This document shows, piece after piece, positions 29,363-43,200 of a DNA stretch of 64,000 nucleotides. The stretch's first letter is position 1. Each line of letters begins with the position of its first letter. The notes under the pieces are model-generated. The model worked only from the letters and a program-made list of their open reading frames with translations, was not told the origin of the DNA and did not search any database. A program made the translations under genes and the position numbers. Origin of the DNA: the human T2T-CHM13v2.0 reference genome, Homo sapiens; assembly GCF_009914755.1 (NCBI RefSeq), contig NC_060927.1. One strand, written 5' to 3'.

Positions 29363-30345
29363 GAGAGGGGAGATGGGGAGAGAGGCTGGATGGGGAGCAA
29401 GGGGAAAGGAGGTGGCGGAGAGGGTCTGGCTGGGCTGAGTGGGCTGGGCCTGTGTGTATCTCTCTGGCTAGGATGGCGCTCCAGGGGCAGGTGTCTGATG
29501 GTGCTCAGTGTCTCTCATGACGGGAGCATCTGTCACTGTGAACGTCTGTAAGCAGCAGGTAAAGGACACGCTGATTGTGACCAAGCTGAACGAGTATTAT
29601 ACTATCACTGGCCCACCCATCTACCACTGGTACTGACTCGTGAAGCCTATCTTTTCTCACAGAATTCCACTGTCTTCAACGTGGTAAGATTAACAGACAG
29701 ACTTCTAACATACGCTGTCTTCACAGGGCCTTGAGGCTGGATTACCTCAGTTACAACAAAACAGAATTTTCAAAAATAGGAACTCAACTTAAAGATTTAA
29801 AATTGAGGTAAAGTGGCCTTCGGAAAAATATGTAAATACAAGATCATTTGCTCGCCCCAATCGTGGAAGCTTGATTCAAATAGCGCGTGCCTGCTCTACA
29901 TGCAAAGTGAACATCCTGATTGCCTGTAAATGCCTCAGGAACTCATTTCTTCTACAGTTTACTTGGCATTACTATCGCTGCAGAAATGTGCAAATGAGAC
30001 GGGTGCTAATATCAATCAGTACATTGGTATATACCAAATCAGCTTAAGTGAGGACAAGATAGTTATAATTATTCTTAAAACCCACGAGACCATTTCTAGC
30101 CGTCAGGAGGGCCCATGAACTAGGAAACTGAGGCTTGCTGACATCTCAGCGACACCTGGGCAAAAGCCTACTGGAATCCGGGTCAGGTTCTGTGGGCTGC
30201 CATGGCTGAACACTGGGCAAACACGGGTTTCGCTGATGCTTTGGGGTTCGCAAGCCCCAGAAGATCTGTCCACACTGATCCACTCTGCTCAGTTCTGAGG
30301 CAACTCGGGGCAGGGCCATCGAGCCCACCCACCCCAGCAAGGACT

Positions 30346-30883
30346 GCACGTGCGCACGTGCGCGCACACACACACATGCACACACACGCACGCACACCCA
30401 CACGCATGTGCACACCCACACACATGCACACACGCATGGACACATGCACACACCCACACACACACACAGAGCCCCCAGCCCCAGGTGGGAACAGCTAGAT
30501 GAAGCAGTGCACACACACGCACGCACACACACACACGCATGCACACACACGCACACATGTGCACACACACACCCCCATGCACACACGCAGCTCCCAGCCC
30601 CGGGTGGTGGGAATAGTTGGATGAAGCAGTGCACACACACACGTATGCACACACGCAGCTCCCAGCCCCGGGTGGTAGGAACAGCTGAAGCAGTGCGCGC
30701 ATGCACACACACACACCCATGCACACACGCAGCTCCCAGCCCCAGGTGGTGGGAACAGCTGAAGCAGTGCACACACGCACACACACCCACACGCATGCAC
30801 ACACATGCATGCACACATGTGCGCACATACACGCAGCCCCCAGCCTCCAGCCCCAGGTGGTGGGAACAGCTGGATGAAGCAGT
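30346..30883. repeat. Composite VNTR: 5 copies of a ~42-45-bp unit separated by variable CA tracts
   Basis: GCAGCTCCCAGCCCCGGGTGGTGGGAACAGCTGGATGAAGCAGTG variants at about 30469, 30587, 30656, 30729 and 30833. Confidence 0.9.
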
Positions 30884-31299
30884 CAAGAGAACATGGGTTT
30901 CAAAATCCAATCTGGGTTTCAACTGCAGCCATGCCCCTCACTCGCCGTGCCATCCCAGGCAAGCTGTTGCTCTTCTTTGAGCTTCAGCTTCCTCCCAGAT
31001 AGGAACATTAATCCATACCCAGAGGCTGTGTGAAGATTAAACAGCATTTCATATGAGGAGCCCTCGCACAGAGCCTGGCAAGAGCCACTCCTTGGTCCGT
31101 GGACCTTCCCGTCTTTTCTCCCTTCCACAGTAAGGATGGAGCCGCCTCAGTAAAACATCTCCCACTGATTTCGCCGCAACTGCAGGATGGAAACGGAGGT
31201 GAACATCTGGCGGGAGCTCGGAAAAACGCCAGTTTCTGACACTATCTTCGACAAGCCAGGGAGTTGGGAAAGCTTGGGAGGGGAGTGGTGCACTAACGT

Positions 31300-31512
31300 A
31301 TATTAACACTTACTACGAGGCAGGCACCGTTCCAAGAAGCTGACATGTTTTCAAGAATCTTAATTCTCAGAACATCCCTGATTAGGTAGTACGCTTATCC
31401 TTAACATAGGGGGAAACTGAGGCACAAAGCGGTTTACTGGTTTGTCCAAGGTCACAGGGCTATTAAATAGTGGAGCCAGGACCTGAACCCAGGCAGTGTG
31501 AACCCAGCACTC
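31300..31512. mobile_element. MIR
   Basis: GGAAACTGAGGCACAAAGCGGTTTACTGGTTTGTCCAAGGTCACA...GGAGCCAGGACCTGAACCCAGGCAG. Confidence 0.8.
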
Positions 31513-32974
31513 ACGGTCTTTTTTGTTAGAATCCTTTTTCTCTTTAATCAGTTTTGGATTTCCCCTCTGTTTCATGAGCTTTTTGCTTTACTTTTTAGCC
31601 ATTCATTCCACAAACACCTACTCGGAGCCAGGCCTGGGAATGCCGAGCTTGGCTGAGGGAGCCTGCACAGCACCCACAGGACCAGGCAAAGAGGCGGAAA
31701 GGGGTGTGGCCAGGAGAAAGGGTTGTGGCCAGGAGAAAAGGGTGGAAAGGAGCCCTGGGCATTCTGATAGTGCCAGAGGGTGCTCCTGAGGCCGGCGGGC
31801 AAAGAATGCTATGAAGAAGGGGTGTCTGAGTTGGCCATGAATGACAGAGAGGATTTCTCAAGGTAGAGATGGGTGAAGAGAAGTCCCTCCAGGTGGCAGG
31901 AACAGTGCAAGCAAAGATAAGCAGGTGAAAGCTTGGCACAGCATCTGGGAGCCATGAGTGCCCAATTTGGCTAGAGCGTACTGAGTCAGTGCCAGGTCAC
32001 AAACGCCTTGAGTGCCAGACCCCTGGGTTGAAGATTCTGAATGCATTCCAAGATTCAATTAAGGAAGCAGGATGATCTGCCCATGATTTTGCCCACTTAT
32101 GGTGGCAGCCAATCATCCTGCAACAACTGTGCCCCAGTCCACACGCTTCCAGGGAAAGCTGCATTGGGTGGCCCCCTTCTCGCTCCTCCACGTGAAGCCC
32201 TGAACTCAGCTGCCCAAATTTGTTTCTCCACAAAGTACAGCCACACCGTTGCACCCAAAATGGAGGATCTGAGGGGCCAAGGAATGACTACTGCCTGGAG
32301 AGCCGGGAGACACGGAGCATCACCTTCCACCTGCGTTGAGCTTCTTTTCATTTCACTCCATGTACTAAATAAGCCATTTTGAGCACCTGCTCTGTGTACG
32401 GTCCTGTGCCTGGGTCCCATGAGACCCAAATCATTGTCATTTCTCTAGCACTTGAAACACATCTGTCCCCCTACACCCACAATCACATTATACAACCATG
32501 TCATCAACAAGTACATTTCTACTAAAAAGTTCCTGCTCATGACAGTGCTGGGAGGACATCTCTTTACACGTTTAATTACGAAGACCAGGACCAGACATGA
32601 AATCCTAATGACCCAAATGAACAGCACTTGATGTAGAAGGCAGCGCGGCTTTGCCCACATTCCCTGAACCTCTGTCAAGCTTGTGACAAGCTTTCGTCAA
32701 TCAGACGAAACTAAGTGAAAAAGCAATCGCTTTTGGAGCACGCAGGAAGGTAGCAGTCTTACAGGCTTAGAAAACCAGGGAGGAGTGAAGCCGCTCAGTG
32801 GTCTCCCTGCCGGTGCAAGGAGGCTGCCACCTGCAGAAGGTGCTAACGCCAAGTGTGGGAAGACACCGGGGTCGGCCTGGGCGCAGTCACTCCTGGGTGG
32901 AGGCTGAGCTTGGGAGTGTGAATGCCGCAGGCCCCACCCGTTCCACTCGTCAAAATCGTACCTAGCTGAGGTTG

Positions 32975-33497
32975 CACAGTTGGCTCCTCCCAAACCTCCC
33001 GTTGATCCTCCTCCTATTGAGAGGTTGGAACGAGGGAAACTAAGCTTCCCAGATGCCCAAACGGCGAGAGCTCGGGACGTGAATCAGGTGCTGCGACTCG
33101 GGAACTAGTGTGCTCACATGAGACGTGCCCGGTGAGAATGTGGCTTCTGGCTGTCACTGCTGGTTAGACGGTCCCAGTCACCTTGAACCCAGGTCGTGCT
33201 GCCGCTTCCTGAGTACCAGAAAAGCAGGGCAGTGGTGGTGATTTCTGTCCAAACTCCATAATCCTCAGACCTCAACTTAGACTGTTCATCCTTCAGCCTC
33301 CTAGAGAGTCCAGGAATGGCTGTGGGCTGGCAACAGCTGCTTCTGAACTAGCCAGGAGTCCTTCAAAAGGCCCAGCCGGAAACCTGCCCCTTGAGCCCCT
33401 CCAACAATGTTGTAAGCACCTAATTCCAACAAGAAACTCCTTCTGCTTACACCACCTGGAGTGGTTTCTGCTTCCTACGCGATCCCTGGTTGATAAA
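32975..33497 (+). mobile_element. Old ERVL-type LTR (LTR33/LTR41-like)
   Basis: 3' end TGTAAGCACCTAATTCC...CTTCTGCTTACACCACCTGGAGTGGTTTCTGCTTCCT...CCCTGGTTGATAAA resembles ERVL LTR U5 ends; 5' boundary approximate. Confidence 0.5.
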
Positions 33498-34257
33498 CCC
33501 TGCCTGGCAAACCGAGCACGCGTGAAGGCCTCAGGAGCCACAGTGGAAGTGGTTTGGAAAGCACAGCTATTTACAGGACGACTCCCTTCATCTGGTGCGG
33601 AGCAGTAACCCCCTCGTCTGGCTCCGGCAGCACACCCTGTGCGCTCTCACCTTTGAGCTGAGGTGTTCACGTCCGAGGTGGAGGAAGGAGGGCGGCAGGT
33701 GCAGGCCAGGACCGGACCTCGGTTATCTAGAGAGTAACTAACAGTGCTTTGTCAGAGGGCGAGAGGGTCTGATGGGGGCAGCTCTGTATGAAAACTGGAG
33801 GCGCTGAGGCTGTCCTCAGGCTCAGGAGACAAAGACCGAGGACAGGTGACAGGGACAGTGATAAGGAGCTGGGCCGCTCAGGAGATGGCAGGAAACTCAA
33901 GTCAGGCAGCTGAAGCATGCACTATTTGCCACAAACGGAGTCGGGCTATCTAAAACAGGTTGTTTACGTGGACTTGATGGGCCTATAAGACTCAGCGACA
34001 GGGAGAAGCAGCTGGATTGGGGTGTGTTGAGCTTTCCTGTCACCCAAGGCAGAGGGGCGCTGTGTTCTGGTAGGTGACATGCACTATGAGATCTCAAGAG
34101 CAAGAGAAAGAAGGCATGCCACCACGAGCGGTGGAATCTGCACCATGCTGGATCTACTGACACATCTAAAACATTCTCAACTGCAGCAACATTTCTGGGC
34201 AAGTAAGTTCTAAGCGTGTCTGTTTCCCCTCACAAATTCTAACCAGAATGCTTTAAG

Positions 34258-34390
34258 CCAATGCTTCTCCAATTTTAATGTTTCTGTGAATTATCTGGGG
34301 ATCTCGTTAAAATGTAGATTCTGAGTCAGTAGGTCTGGGGTGGGGTCTGAGATTCTGTTTCTGGTCCATGAACTACACTTTGAGTAGTGA
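34258..34390. mobile_element. MER5A-like fossil
   Basis: GAATTATCTGGGGATCTCGTTAAAATGTAGATTCTGAGTCAGTAGGTCTGGGGTGGGGTCTGAGATTCTG...ACACTTTGAGTAG. Confidence 0.8.
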
Positions 34391-34859
34391 GACTTGAAGC
34401 TTCAGAAACATCAGTCAAGATCCAAACTATTTACAGGTGCACTGCCAAGTGCACATCAGCAAGAAGGGAGGGAACTTGGCCCAGGAAACACAAGAGAGAG
34501 ACAGTAGAACCAATCCACAGGACAACTTATCAGCTCTCACCGGCTTGCAACTCTATTTCCTGCTCTCTCCCTCACCCTTACCCTGGGACGCTTGGGAGAA
34601 TAAGATTTAATTTCCCATTTCTGGGGACTCTAAAAACTGTGCAGAAGGGAAAGGGAAGGTAAGTCATTGAGGGCTGACCATCTCCAGGACCAGGTAAAGG
34701 CTGAGACGGAAACACACTTGCTTGCCTGCCTGACCCAGAAAGCCTTGTTCTCCTTTCTGGAACCTCGGGAGCAAAACAGGCAAAGGTCCCACAGGTGATT
34801 GGGGGAAGAGCAATCCAGATGGCAGATAATCCTATACAATAATGCTCAGGCACACCAGG

Positions 34860-35530
34860 GGTCAGAGAAATGAAACAAAGTAACAATGAAGTGTTACTGC
34901 CCACCCATCAGCCCAGCCAGCACAAACAAGGAAATCACAACTGATGCTACGGGGATGTGGAAACAGGTGCCTTCATGTACTATTAATGGAAGTGAGAATT
35001 GCTGTAGTTTATTGGGAAAACAATCTGGAAACATCCTATATATATATAGTGTATACACACACACACACACACACACACACATCCCCTTCAGCTCAGCACT
35101 CCTACTCTTGGGAATCTATGCCTGGGAAATAAAAGCACTAGCTCGGAAGGACACATACACACACGCGTCCATATGTACAAATGAGAATGTTTGTGGAAGC
35201 ATTATTTATAAGTGAAAAAACTAGAGATAAAATGAATGCCATCAAAGTAAGAATGTTGAATCAGATGTGGGCCATCCATCCTATGGACTACATTAGCAGA
35301 ATGAAATAAGAGAGGCATACCAGTGAACTTGAGGGATTTTTCTATGAAGTACTGATGAGCAAGAAAAGCAACATGCAGTAAATTTGATTCATATGATCTC
35401 ATTTTTATAAAACAATTTTTAAAAACTTGTACATGTATCTATGTGTTGATGTGTGTCATAAGTGTCTATGACTTTTATAAGCACAGATAAACATATGGGA
35501 GGATTCCAAGTTATTAAATGAGTTATTTGG
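34860..35530 (+). mobile_element. Ancient L1ME-like fragment with embedded (TA)(CA)n
   Basis: Degraded ORF2 3' text (PFSSALLLLGIYAWE) and an A-rich 3'UTR. Confidence 0.55.
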
Positions 35531-36933
35531 TGTGGAGTAGGGGTCGGGGTAGCGTGGAAACAAAGGGAAAAACTCCATGCACCCCCCTCTCTCACGCACA
35601 CATGCATGCACACATCCAGGGAAACAATAAGAATGAGGGGTCCCTGGCCCTCTTTCCCTCTGTGGTGCCTGCCCGGAGCTCAGCTCTTGTGGGTAGCTGT
35701 CACTACAGGACACTGTGGAGGGGACTAATTACATGCCAATAAGTGTAAAGGTCAGTGGCCATCTCAGTGCCACTCAGCACTGGAGTTCCCATTCCTGGGC
35801 CCCTGGGCCACAGCCTCCCCGTCGGAATAACACTTGGAAATTTCCAGGAAGAAGAAATTCACTCTGCTCAGGGCAGCATGTTCTACTTTTTGAAAATGAC
35901 TTTTTAGTGAGTTCTTTCTCACATGATGCTGAATTTCACCCCTTAACGCTTCTGCTCTCTGCTCCACGTCCTGCCCCCTAGAGCCACAAGGAACAAGTAC
36001 ATTTCCTGTCCCATATGAAGACAGAGATAATGCCCCCCTGGGCTTTCTCTTATCTTAACTAAACATCCCCAGTCCTGCCACCGGTGCTGAGCACTCATCT
36101 AAGGCATTTCCTGATGGCAGGTCAAGTTCTTACTCCTCCAGTGAGACACAGGGATTTTGATAAGATGCAGGCGAAGACCCCAAATCTCCAAGCCTTCCCA
36201 AGGAACAAGTCAGCACTACCCCTATCAGAAAAACTCTGAAGGAGATACAGAGCAGGGTGGGGAGGAAGGCAGTTCCAAAGGTCCTTCTAATTTCCTTAGG
36301 AGCCCCATGGCCCGTGGCCACCACTAGCGTGACTACACAATGACTGCCTCCCAGCTTCCACACCGGGCTCCCAGTGCATGTCACCGAGCTTGCCTGGCCA
36401 TGACTCATGCAGGAAAGGCTGCACAGGTGACGCCAGGTGTGGACATGGCAGAAGGAACGGAAGATGAGGTTAGGCTTGGCTTCCTTGCAATCACCTTCTG
36501 AAGGGCTGTGGGCTGCAGCAGGGGCACTGGGCATTCCAAGCTGGGGGAGAATGCAGCCTTCACAGACTTGCCACAGGCACCTATGCCCCAGGGGCATACA
36601 CAAGGGACTGCAAAGGGAGAAATGAACCATGGTGAGTTAAATCTCATTAATGCAAAACCTACCAACCCAGAATTAGAGAGACCTGGGCCTGGAGTTGACA
36701 GCGCCAATCCCAGAAACAGCTTTCACGGGTAAAGATACGAGTACACAATGTTTCAGAATTCCCGAAGGAGGTGACGTAGTAAACTTTCGAAACGTAGTTC
36801 CCTGAAGGAGGAATCTTCAGTGGGGTTCTAAGAGCACTGCGTTCCTCTGGGGCTCTGTCATTAGCTGTACATCAGCAGGCAGGTCACCTCTCTGCTTTGA
36901 GCCTCAGTTTTGTCTTTGAAAAAATGGAAATAA

Positions 36934-37304
<371 letters not shown>

Positions 37305-38334
37305 CTATGTGACCTTAGATTGCTGTATAAATATGACTTTATTGGTCCTGCTGAGGACAGGCGATGAAGGGTATCCAGTAAGGGACCTGGGTAGCTGCTA
37401 TGAAATGAGTGACTGGGTGATAACATGAGCCACTTTTCCCAACAAGAAGACAGAAAGAATGGATCAGAAACCAGGAGAGGATTCCAAGTGAATCAAGTGT
37501 AAACACACTCCTAGCCCGGGCCCCGCACAGAGTATATGGCCTGACAATGAAGCGATGGCTGGAGCTACATTCCACGACAATGAGCTGGATGCCCCCAGAT
37601 GAGAGGAGGCCTCCGAGGGCTGTTTCGTCCTCACTCCGCAGAACAATGCTGAGTCTCCCGAATGCCTCTTTTGTTCCATACGGCACAAACATCACAAACA
37701 TCTTTTAACCACCCTGTGTTTTCCTAGCTGTTTGTTCTTTTCTCAAAGGTCCTAAGATCACAGAATCATCTCCAAGAACAATAGCTGGGGAGCCTGTTCT
37801 GCAGTTGAAACAACAAGGTCAAGGGGTTTGTGGCTGAAGCAGGGAAGGCAGGGGGAGGTCAGGGGCTGGGCGGGGCGGGGGGAGCAGCCTGTCCCTGCAT
37901 TCCCTTGGGATGGGAAGTTCCCACTGGGCCCGCAGGATTCCTGCTCGTGACTGGGGTACCGGCTGCCTGTCTCTAGGATCAGATTCCACTCAAAACTCAC
38001 ATGCTGTCTCTTTTCTCTCTGAAAACAAAAAGCTTAGATTTCTCCTCTGTCTTCAGCCTAAGGCCTCTATCCAGGTTCCACGGACAAGATGATCTACTCA
38101 AAGGAGGGCAGAGCCTGGGCGTCCAGCAAAGGCCTCACCCCCACCCACTCTGACACAGTAGCTGCCCCATCCTCCTGGGGGTGCCCCTCCCAACCCCACC
38201 ACTGCCCTCTGCTGCTCAGATGCCCCCCCCGCCCCAGCCCCCATGGCCACAGAGAAGGAAAGCCTGGTAAAGAGCTTCAGGCTGGGCATGGAATCCTGGC
38301 TCCACCACATCCTGGCTCTGAGGCTGGCCTTGAA

Positions 38335-38505
38335 CCATGTGTAAACCATCTGTGCCTCAGTTTTCTCATCTGGAAAATGGGAGTAATATTCATATTGACC
38401 TTACAGCATTGCCGTGAGGATTCAGTGACACTCCATATAAAGCAAGCATTGAGCACAGTGCCTGGCACAGGGTGCACCCCAATAACATTAACTAACATTA
38501 TTATT
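38335..38505. mobile_element. MIR
   Basis: TCTGTGCCTCAGTTTTCTCATCTGGAAAATGGG...AGCACAGTGCCTGGCACA. Confidence 0.8.
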
Positions 38506-39890
38506 CCTGTTCAGCTGTAGCAACAGAAACACCCCTGTATTCCCATGACTATCGTTAGCATTGCTATTATCCCTGCAGTGTTCTCCTCGGATGGCTCCAT
38601 GAAAAGTGCTTAGTAACTCTGAGAGTGAAACCCATTTCATTCAGGATTCAGAGTCAGGATTTCCCTTCTCCGTGGCTCCGTCACTGAGCACCGACTCTGC
38701 GGGGTCCCGGAGGGGAAGACAAGGCAAGCTCACGGCACCTGAGAAGCTGGAAGAGCACGGAGAGGGTGTGCGGCCTGGCTGGCACAGCTCCTGCATGTCA
38801 GGCCAGCCCCCGCCCTGTTCCCAGACAGTCAGGGTTCCTAGGGCTTACTCCCCCAAACCCTCACCTGCAAATCAGGCTCGTGGTGTTCCCCTACCTCCCT
38901 GGGGCTCACAGGCAGGAGAGTGTGAGGGTGTGTGACGTGTGTTGGAGCTAAGATTATATAGCTGGGTGGCCTGTGGGCCACACCTAGCCTGCTGCTGCCT
39001 CCTCCGTGAGCACCCCCATGCTCCCAGGGCCCAAACACCCGGGAACCACAGCACACCGGCCATGCCCTTGGAAATGCTGCATCTACCAAAGCCTCCCTGA
39101 GCTGCAGGAAGGCCTTGGCCGCCCAGCCATTGAGAGGTCTATCTTTTCACCCGAGGATGTGATCTGCCCTCTACTCAGGCTACACCTACCGAGGCCTTCC
39201 AGGTAGAAATTCAGCCAAGGCCTGCCCCAGCGTGTGATTCAAAGGACAAGATGGTGATGAGAGACGGGGTTCCCTCTTGTACAGAAAGCCTTGGGTTGGT
39301 GCACGCAGGATGGATGGAGACTGACGCCCACCACCCGCATCTCTGCTCCTTTACCTCCTTTTGGCCTTCATACCCTCCAGGATGACCTCCCAAGACAGGG
39401 TTCCTCTAGACATTTTGCTCCCCTGCTGAATTCAGAGCCTCTGAAGGCTCCTCTTTGCTGCCTAGCCCCAAATGACGTTCTCATCTTTTCTGCCCCTACG
39501 CCCCACTCTAAAACCTTCCTCAGTCACACTAAGCATTCCCTCATCCCCAAACCTCCTCTGTGCTTTCTAACCACTTGGGTTTGGAGCTAGCAGACATGCT
39601 GGTCCTATTCTGGAGAATGGCACCCAAAACAAGAAAGGCTGAGGGCCTCGTGCTGAGACTCTACAGGAGAACACTCGCCAGGTCGGGGACTCAGGCAGCT
39701 TTATTCCAGCATTCTAGCCCTACCATCAACTGGCCCTGTGACCTGGGCAAGTGGCTACCCCTCTCTAGGCCTCAGGATCCCCATCTATAATACTGGGTGC
39801 TGACCAAGTCATCTCTAAAGGCATCGTCTAGCACTGGGCCTCCAAGAGAAAGCCCAGCCTGGACCCTACATTGTCATCCTCCATTCCTCT

Positions 39891-40237
39891 TGTCTTAGTT
39901 CAAGCTATTATAACAAAGTACCACAGACTGGGTGCCCATAAACCACAGAAGTCAAGTTCTTACAGTTCTAGAGGCTGGGAAGTCCAAGACCAAGGTGCCC
40001 ACTGATTCTGTGTCTGGTGAGGACTCACTGCCCAGTTCACAGATGGCTGCCTTTCCCCAGTCTCCTCATATGGTGAAGGGGTGACGGAGCTCTTCAGGGT
40101 CTCTTTCATCAGGACACTCGTCCCATTCATGATGACCTAATCACTCTCCAAAGGCCCCACCTCCTGATACCATCACACTGGGGGTTAGGATTTCAACACA
40201 TGAATTTTGGGGGGATACAATTATTCAGTCCATTGCA
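39891..40237 (-). mobile_element. MaLR LTR (MLT1A0-like)
   Basis: TGTCTTAGTT...TTCTAGAGGCTGGGAAGTCCAAGA...CAAAGGCCCCACCTCCTGATACCATCACA...ATTCAGTCCATTGCA; TG...CA ends. Confidence 0.85.
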
Positions 40238-43200
40238 CCCCTCAGTAGTCTAAAAGGGCTGAGGTTAAAAACGCAGATGGGAAAAGTAAGGCTCTGATAT
40301 CTCCCCATCCTCCAGACGAAGGTGGAACACCAGCTCAGTGTCTAGCTGGAATGTAGTACTGAGTAGTAGTACAGCAGTACTGAGTAGTACTACTTGGTAG
40401 TACTGTAGTAGTAGTACTCAGTACTCAGTATCAGTACAGCAGCTCAGTGTCTAGCTGAGAAGTCCAGCTGGAAAGTACCCCATGCCTGAGCACCCCAGAG
40501 CTGGGTCCTAGGAGAGCCCACAAACAGGTGAGAAGGGATGAGTCCCAAGGTCCTTCGACTCCACAGGAAGGGGGAGGCGACTGCCAGCCCCAGCACCACA
40601 AATTAGCCAGGAAGCTGAGAGAAAGAAGGAAGTTTCCAGCTTTTTTGGTTTCACATTATTGACGGCACGTAACAAACTCCCCTCACCACCCCATCAGTGT
40701 GACAGCGGGGGCGACACGCTCCCCTTGGTGGCTCAGCAGCAGAGTGGGAAGAGCATCTGCTATCTCCACATCACTGTGCCTGGGGCTGTTTGCAGCCCTC
40801 CAAGAAGGACACTGAGCCCTCTGTGCTCAGAGACAGGGTGTGACCAGCTGGAAAGGACCAGGTGCTATAAGCCAGGAGCCCGGGCACTGGCCTGGTTCTG
40901 CAACGAACCAGCTTGGTGACCTTGACAAAGTCACTGTTCTCTGATCTCACTTTCCTACACTGAGAAATGAAGGAGCTGGAGGAGATGATCTCCATGTTCC
41001 CATTCGGTAATGTCATTCTATCATTCTACTAAATGGGAATGACAACCAGATCTAATCAGCTAGAACTCATTCAACCAATATTTTTAGGTATCTTCAATGT
41101 GCAAGCCTCTAATTTACCAAAAAAAAAAACCCTACATTTTTTTCCTGAATGGCTACAGGCAGTGGAAGAAGTGGAGGGGCCCACCACCTATCCATCATAG
41201 TGGACAAATCCCCCCAGCACAGCATAAGGGGCTGCCTAAACCCCGCCATCAGCATCCACTCCCCAGAGCCTCCCCGTCAGCAAGCCCCCCTCTCCTGGCC
41301 GGCTGACGGAATTACAGAGGGCTTAATCTGTACCAATCTTCCCTCTCCTGACTGATGAGGCTTTGGGGATTCTGGGAGAACACGGAGGTGCTACTGCCTG
41401 AGTCACTAACGTCGGTGATATAACAGAGAAGGCCTCCCTGGAATATCTCTGCAGGCAGAAGACGAGTGAGTCCTGAGGGCTGCAAGGCCTGCGTCTGAAG
41501 GAGCTCGTCAGCTGAATTATTAATGGGACTCTGAACGCTGCTCAAGTTTCCCCTGACAGATGCTTTCGCCAGCTGATGGTTCTGAGACCAATTAAGAATG
41601 ATTGCGGATTCCAAGGCAGTGCCACCACCAGTGAGCATCTTAAATGTCTCCGGAGCCCACTGCAGGAAATTCACAGCCAGCCATCTCCTCAGACGCGGGC
41701 ACGATAATCACAAAGGGGGGCACCAGATGCTACAGGGTCTGGGCCACTGCCCCATATCAACTTCTGTCCCCCGCCCAGGACATCACCAGAACCCTAATTC
41801 CAGCACACAGAGCAGAAGGCCCTTCAAAGACCTTTGCAGCAAATTCCAAGGGTCCTAATGCCTCAGGAAAACAGGTATCATGTGAACAAAGGGATCTGGG
41901 TCAAAAAGCTTAAAAAAGCTAACGCTCAACAAAGCTAGACAGGACTGTGTACTTCAGGACTTCTAGGAGCCTTTAGTGTGCTCCGTGAATCTAGAAGAGG
42001 GGGAATAAAATGTACGTATTTCTCAAACTTACTTGATCATTACACCCTTTTCTTCCAGGACACATTCTGGGATTGGTGTTCCATGGAACTCACCTCGAGA
42101 AGTGTGGGTCTAGACCACAGCCCTCATTTTACAGACAAAGAGACAGAGGGCCAGGGTGGTTACGCAGTAAGCCAGATCTCAGGTAGAGTCCCTCATACTA
42201 AACGGCAATGTTCTAGGTGCTTGTCAGCTGCTTTAAGGAAAATGACAAGGTTTTCTACAGGAACTGACCAGATGGTTGGGGGCTGGACTGAGATGCTTCT
42301 GGGAGAACGATGGGTATAAATCCAAGACCTAGGACTCACCTGGAAGGGAAATGGTTTGCGATGGCAGCATGAGAGAGCTCTGGGGCTTTGGGCCTGGCAC
42401 AGAATAACTTTGTTTTCCCCTGATAATTTGTCTATTGTTTCTAGGCCTCCCCCTCTAGACTGTGAATTCCGTGGGGGCAAGGACCACGTTTGTTTTGCTC
42501 ACGAACGCAGCCCCAGCACCTGGCACAGTGTCTGGTAAGCAGGCAGTGCTCAGGAAATATTTGCTGACAGACTGATAAACTAATGAGCACATGCCTTACT
42601 GTCAACTTCCAAAAACCCAAGACACTTTGAACCCCGTGGGAGTGTGGACCCCACATCAACCTCCAGTATCACAAGACTGCCCTCGCTGGCCGGGACACAG
42701 TCAGCCAGGTTCCAGGGACCACAACTCCCACTAGAGCCAAGCAGCGTACGGACAGGGGCTGGCTCCGGGAAGGCTGGAGTCTGAGCCGGCACTGGCAGCG
42801 TTTTTCACGGACGCAGCACACATCTGTATTTTCTATCAGGCTGCGGGTGCACAAGGCTGTCCCGGGTTATTTGAAGGACAGAGGGAAAAGAGCAGTACGA
42901 ATAAATGGCATCTCAGCTTCTTTCAAGCTAACCCATTCTTTATTCATTTATTACACATTTACTGAGCAGTTACAGGGAAAGAGAAAAAAATGAAAGGCTT
43001 GATCCCCGCCCTCAAGAAGCTGATAGAAAAAAGAGAATGTGTAAAAAAGAGAAAATAAGAATGAGAAAAAAGAGGTGTGTAAGGGGCCACATGGCAAGGA
43101 AGACAGTGACGTCAGAGACACCTAGGCTAAACCTGTCCCCAAGAGCAGGGGAGGGGACCCGGCTCCGACAGGGAGCTGAACTGATATTCAGCTAGGGGCC

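Noticed and set aside
30469-30883. CRISPR-like repeat-spacer appearance
   Set aside because: Eukaryotic context, low-complexity CA spacers of variable length, degenerate repeats and no cas genes.
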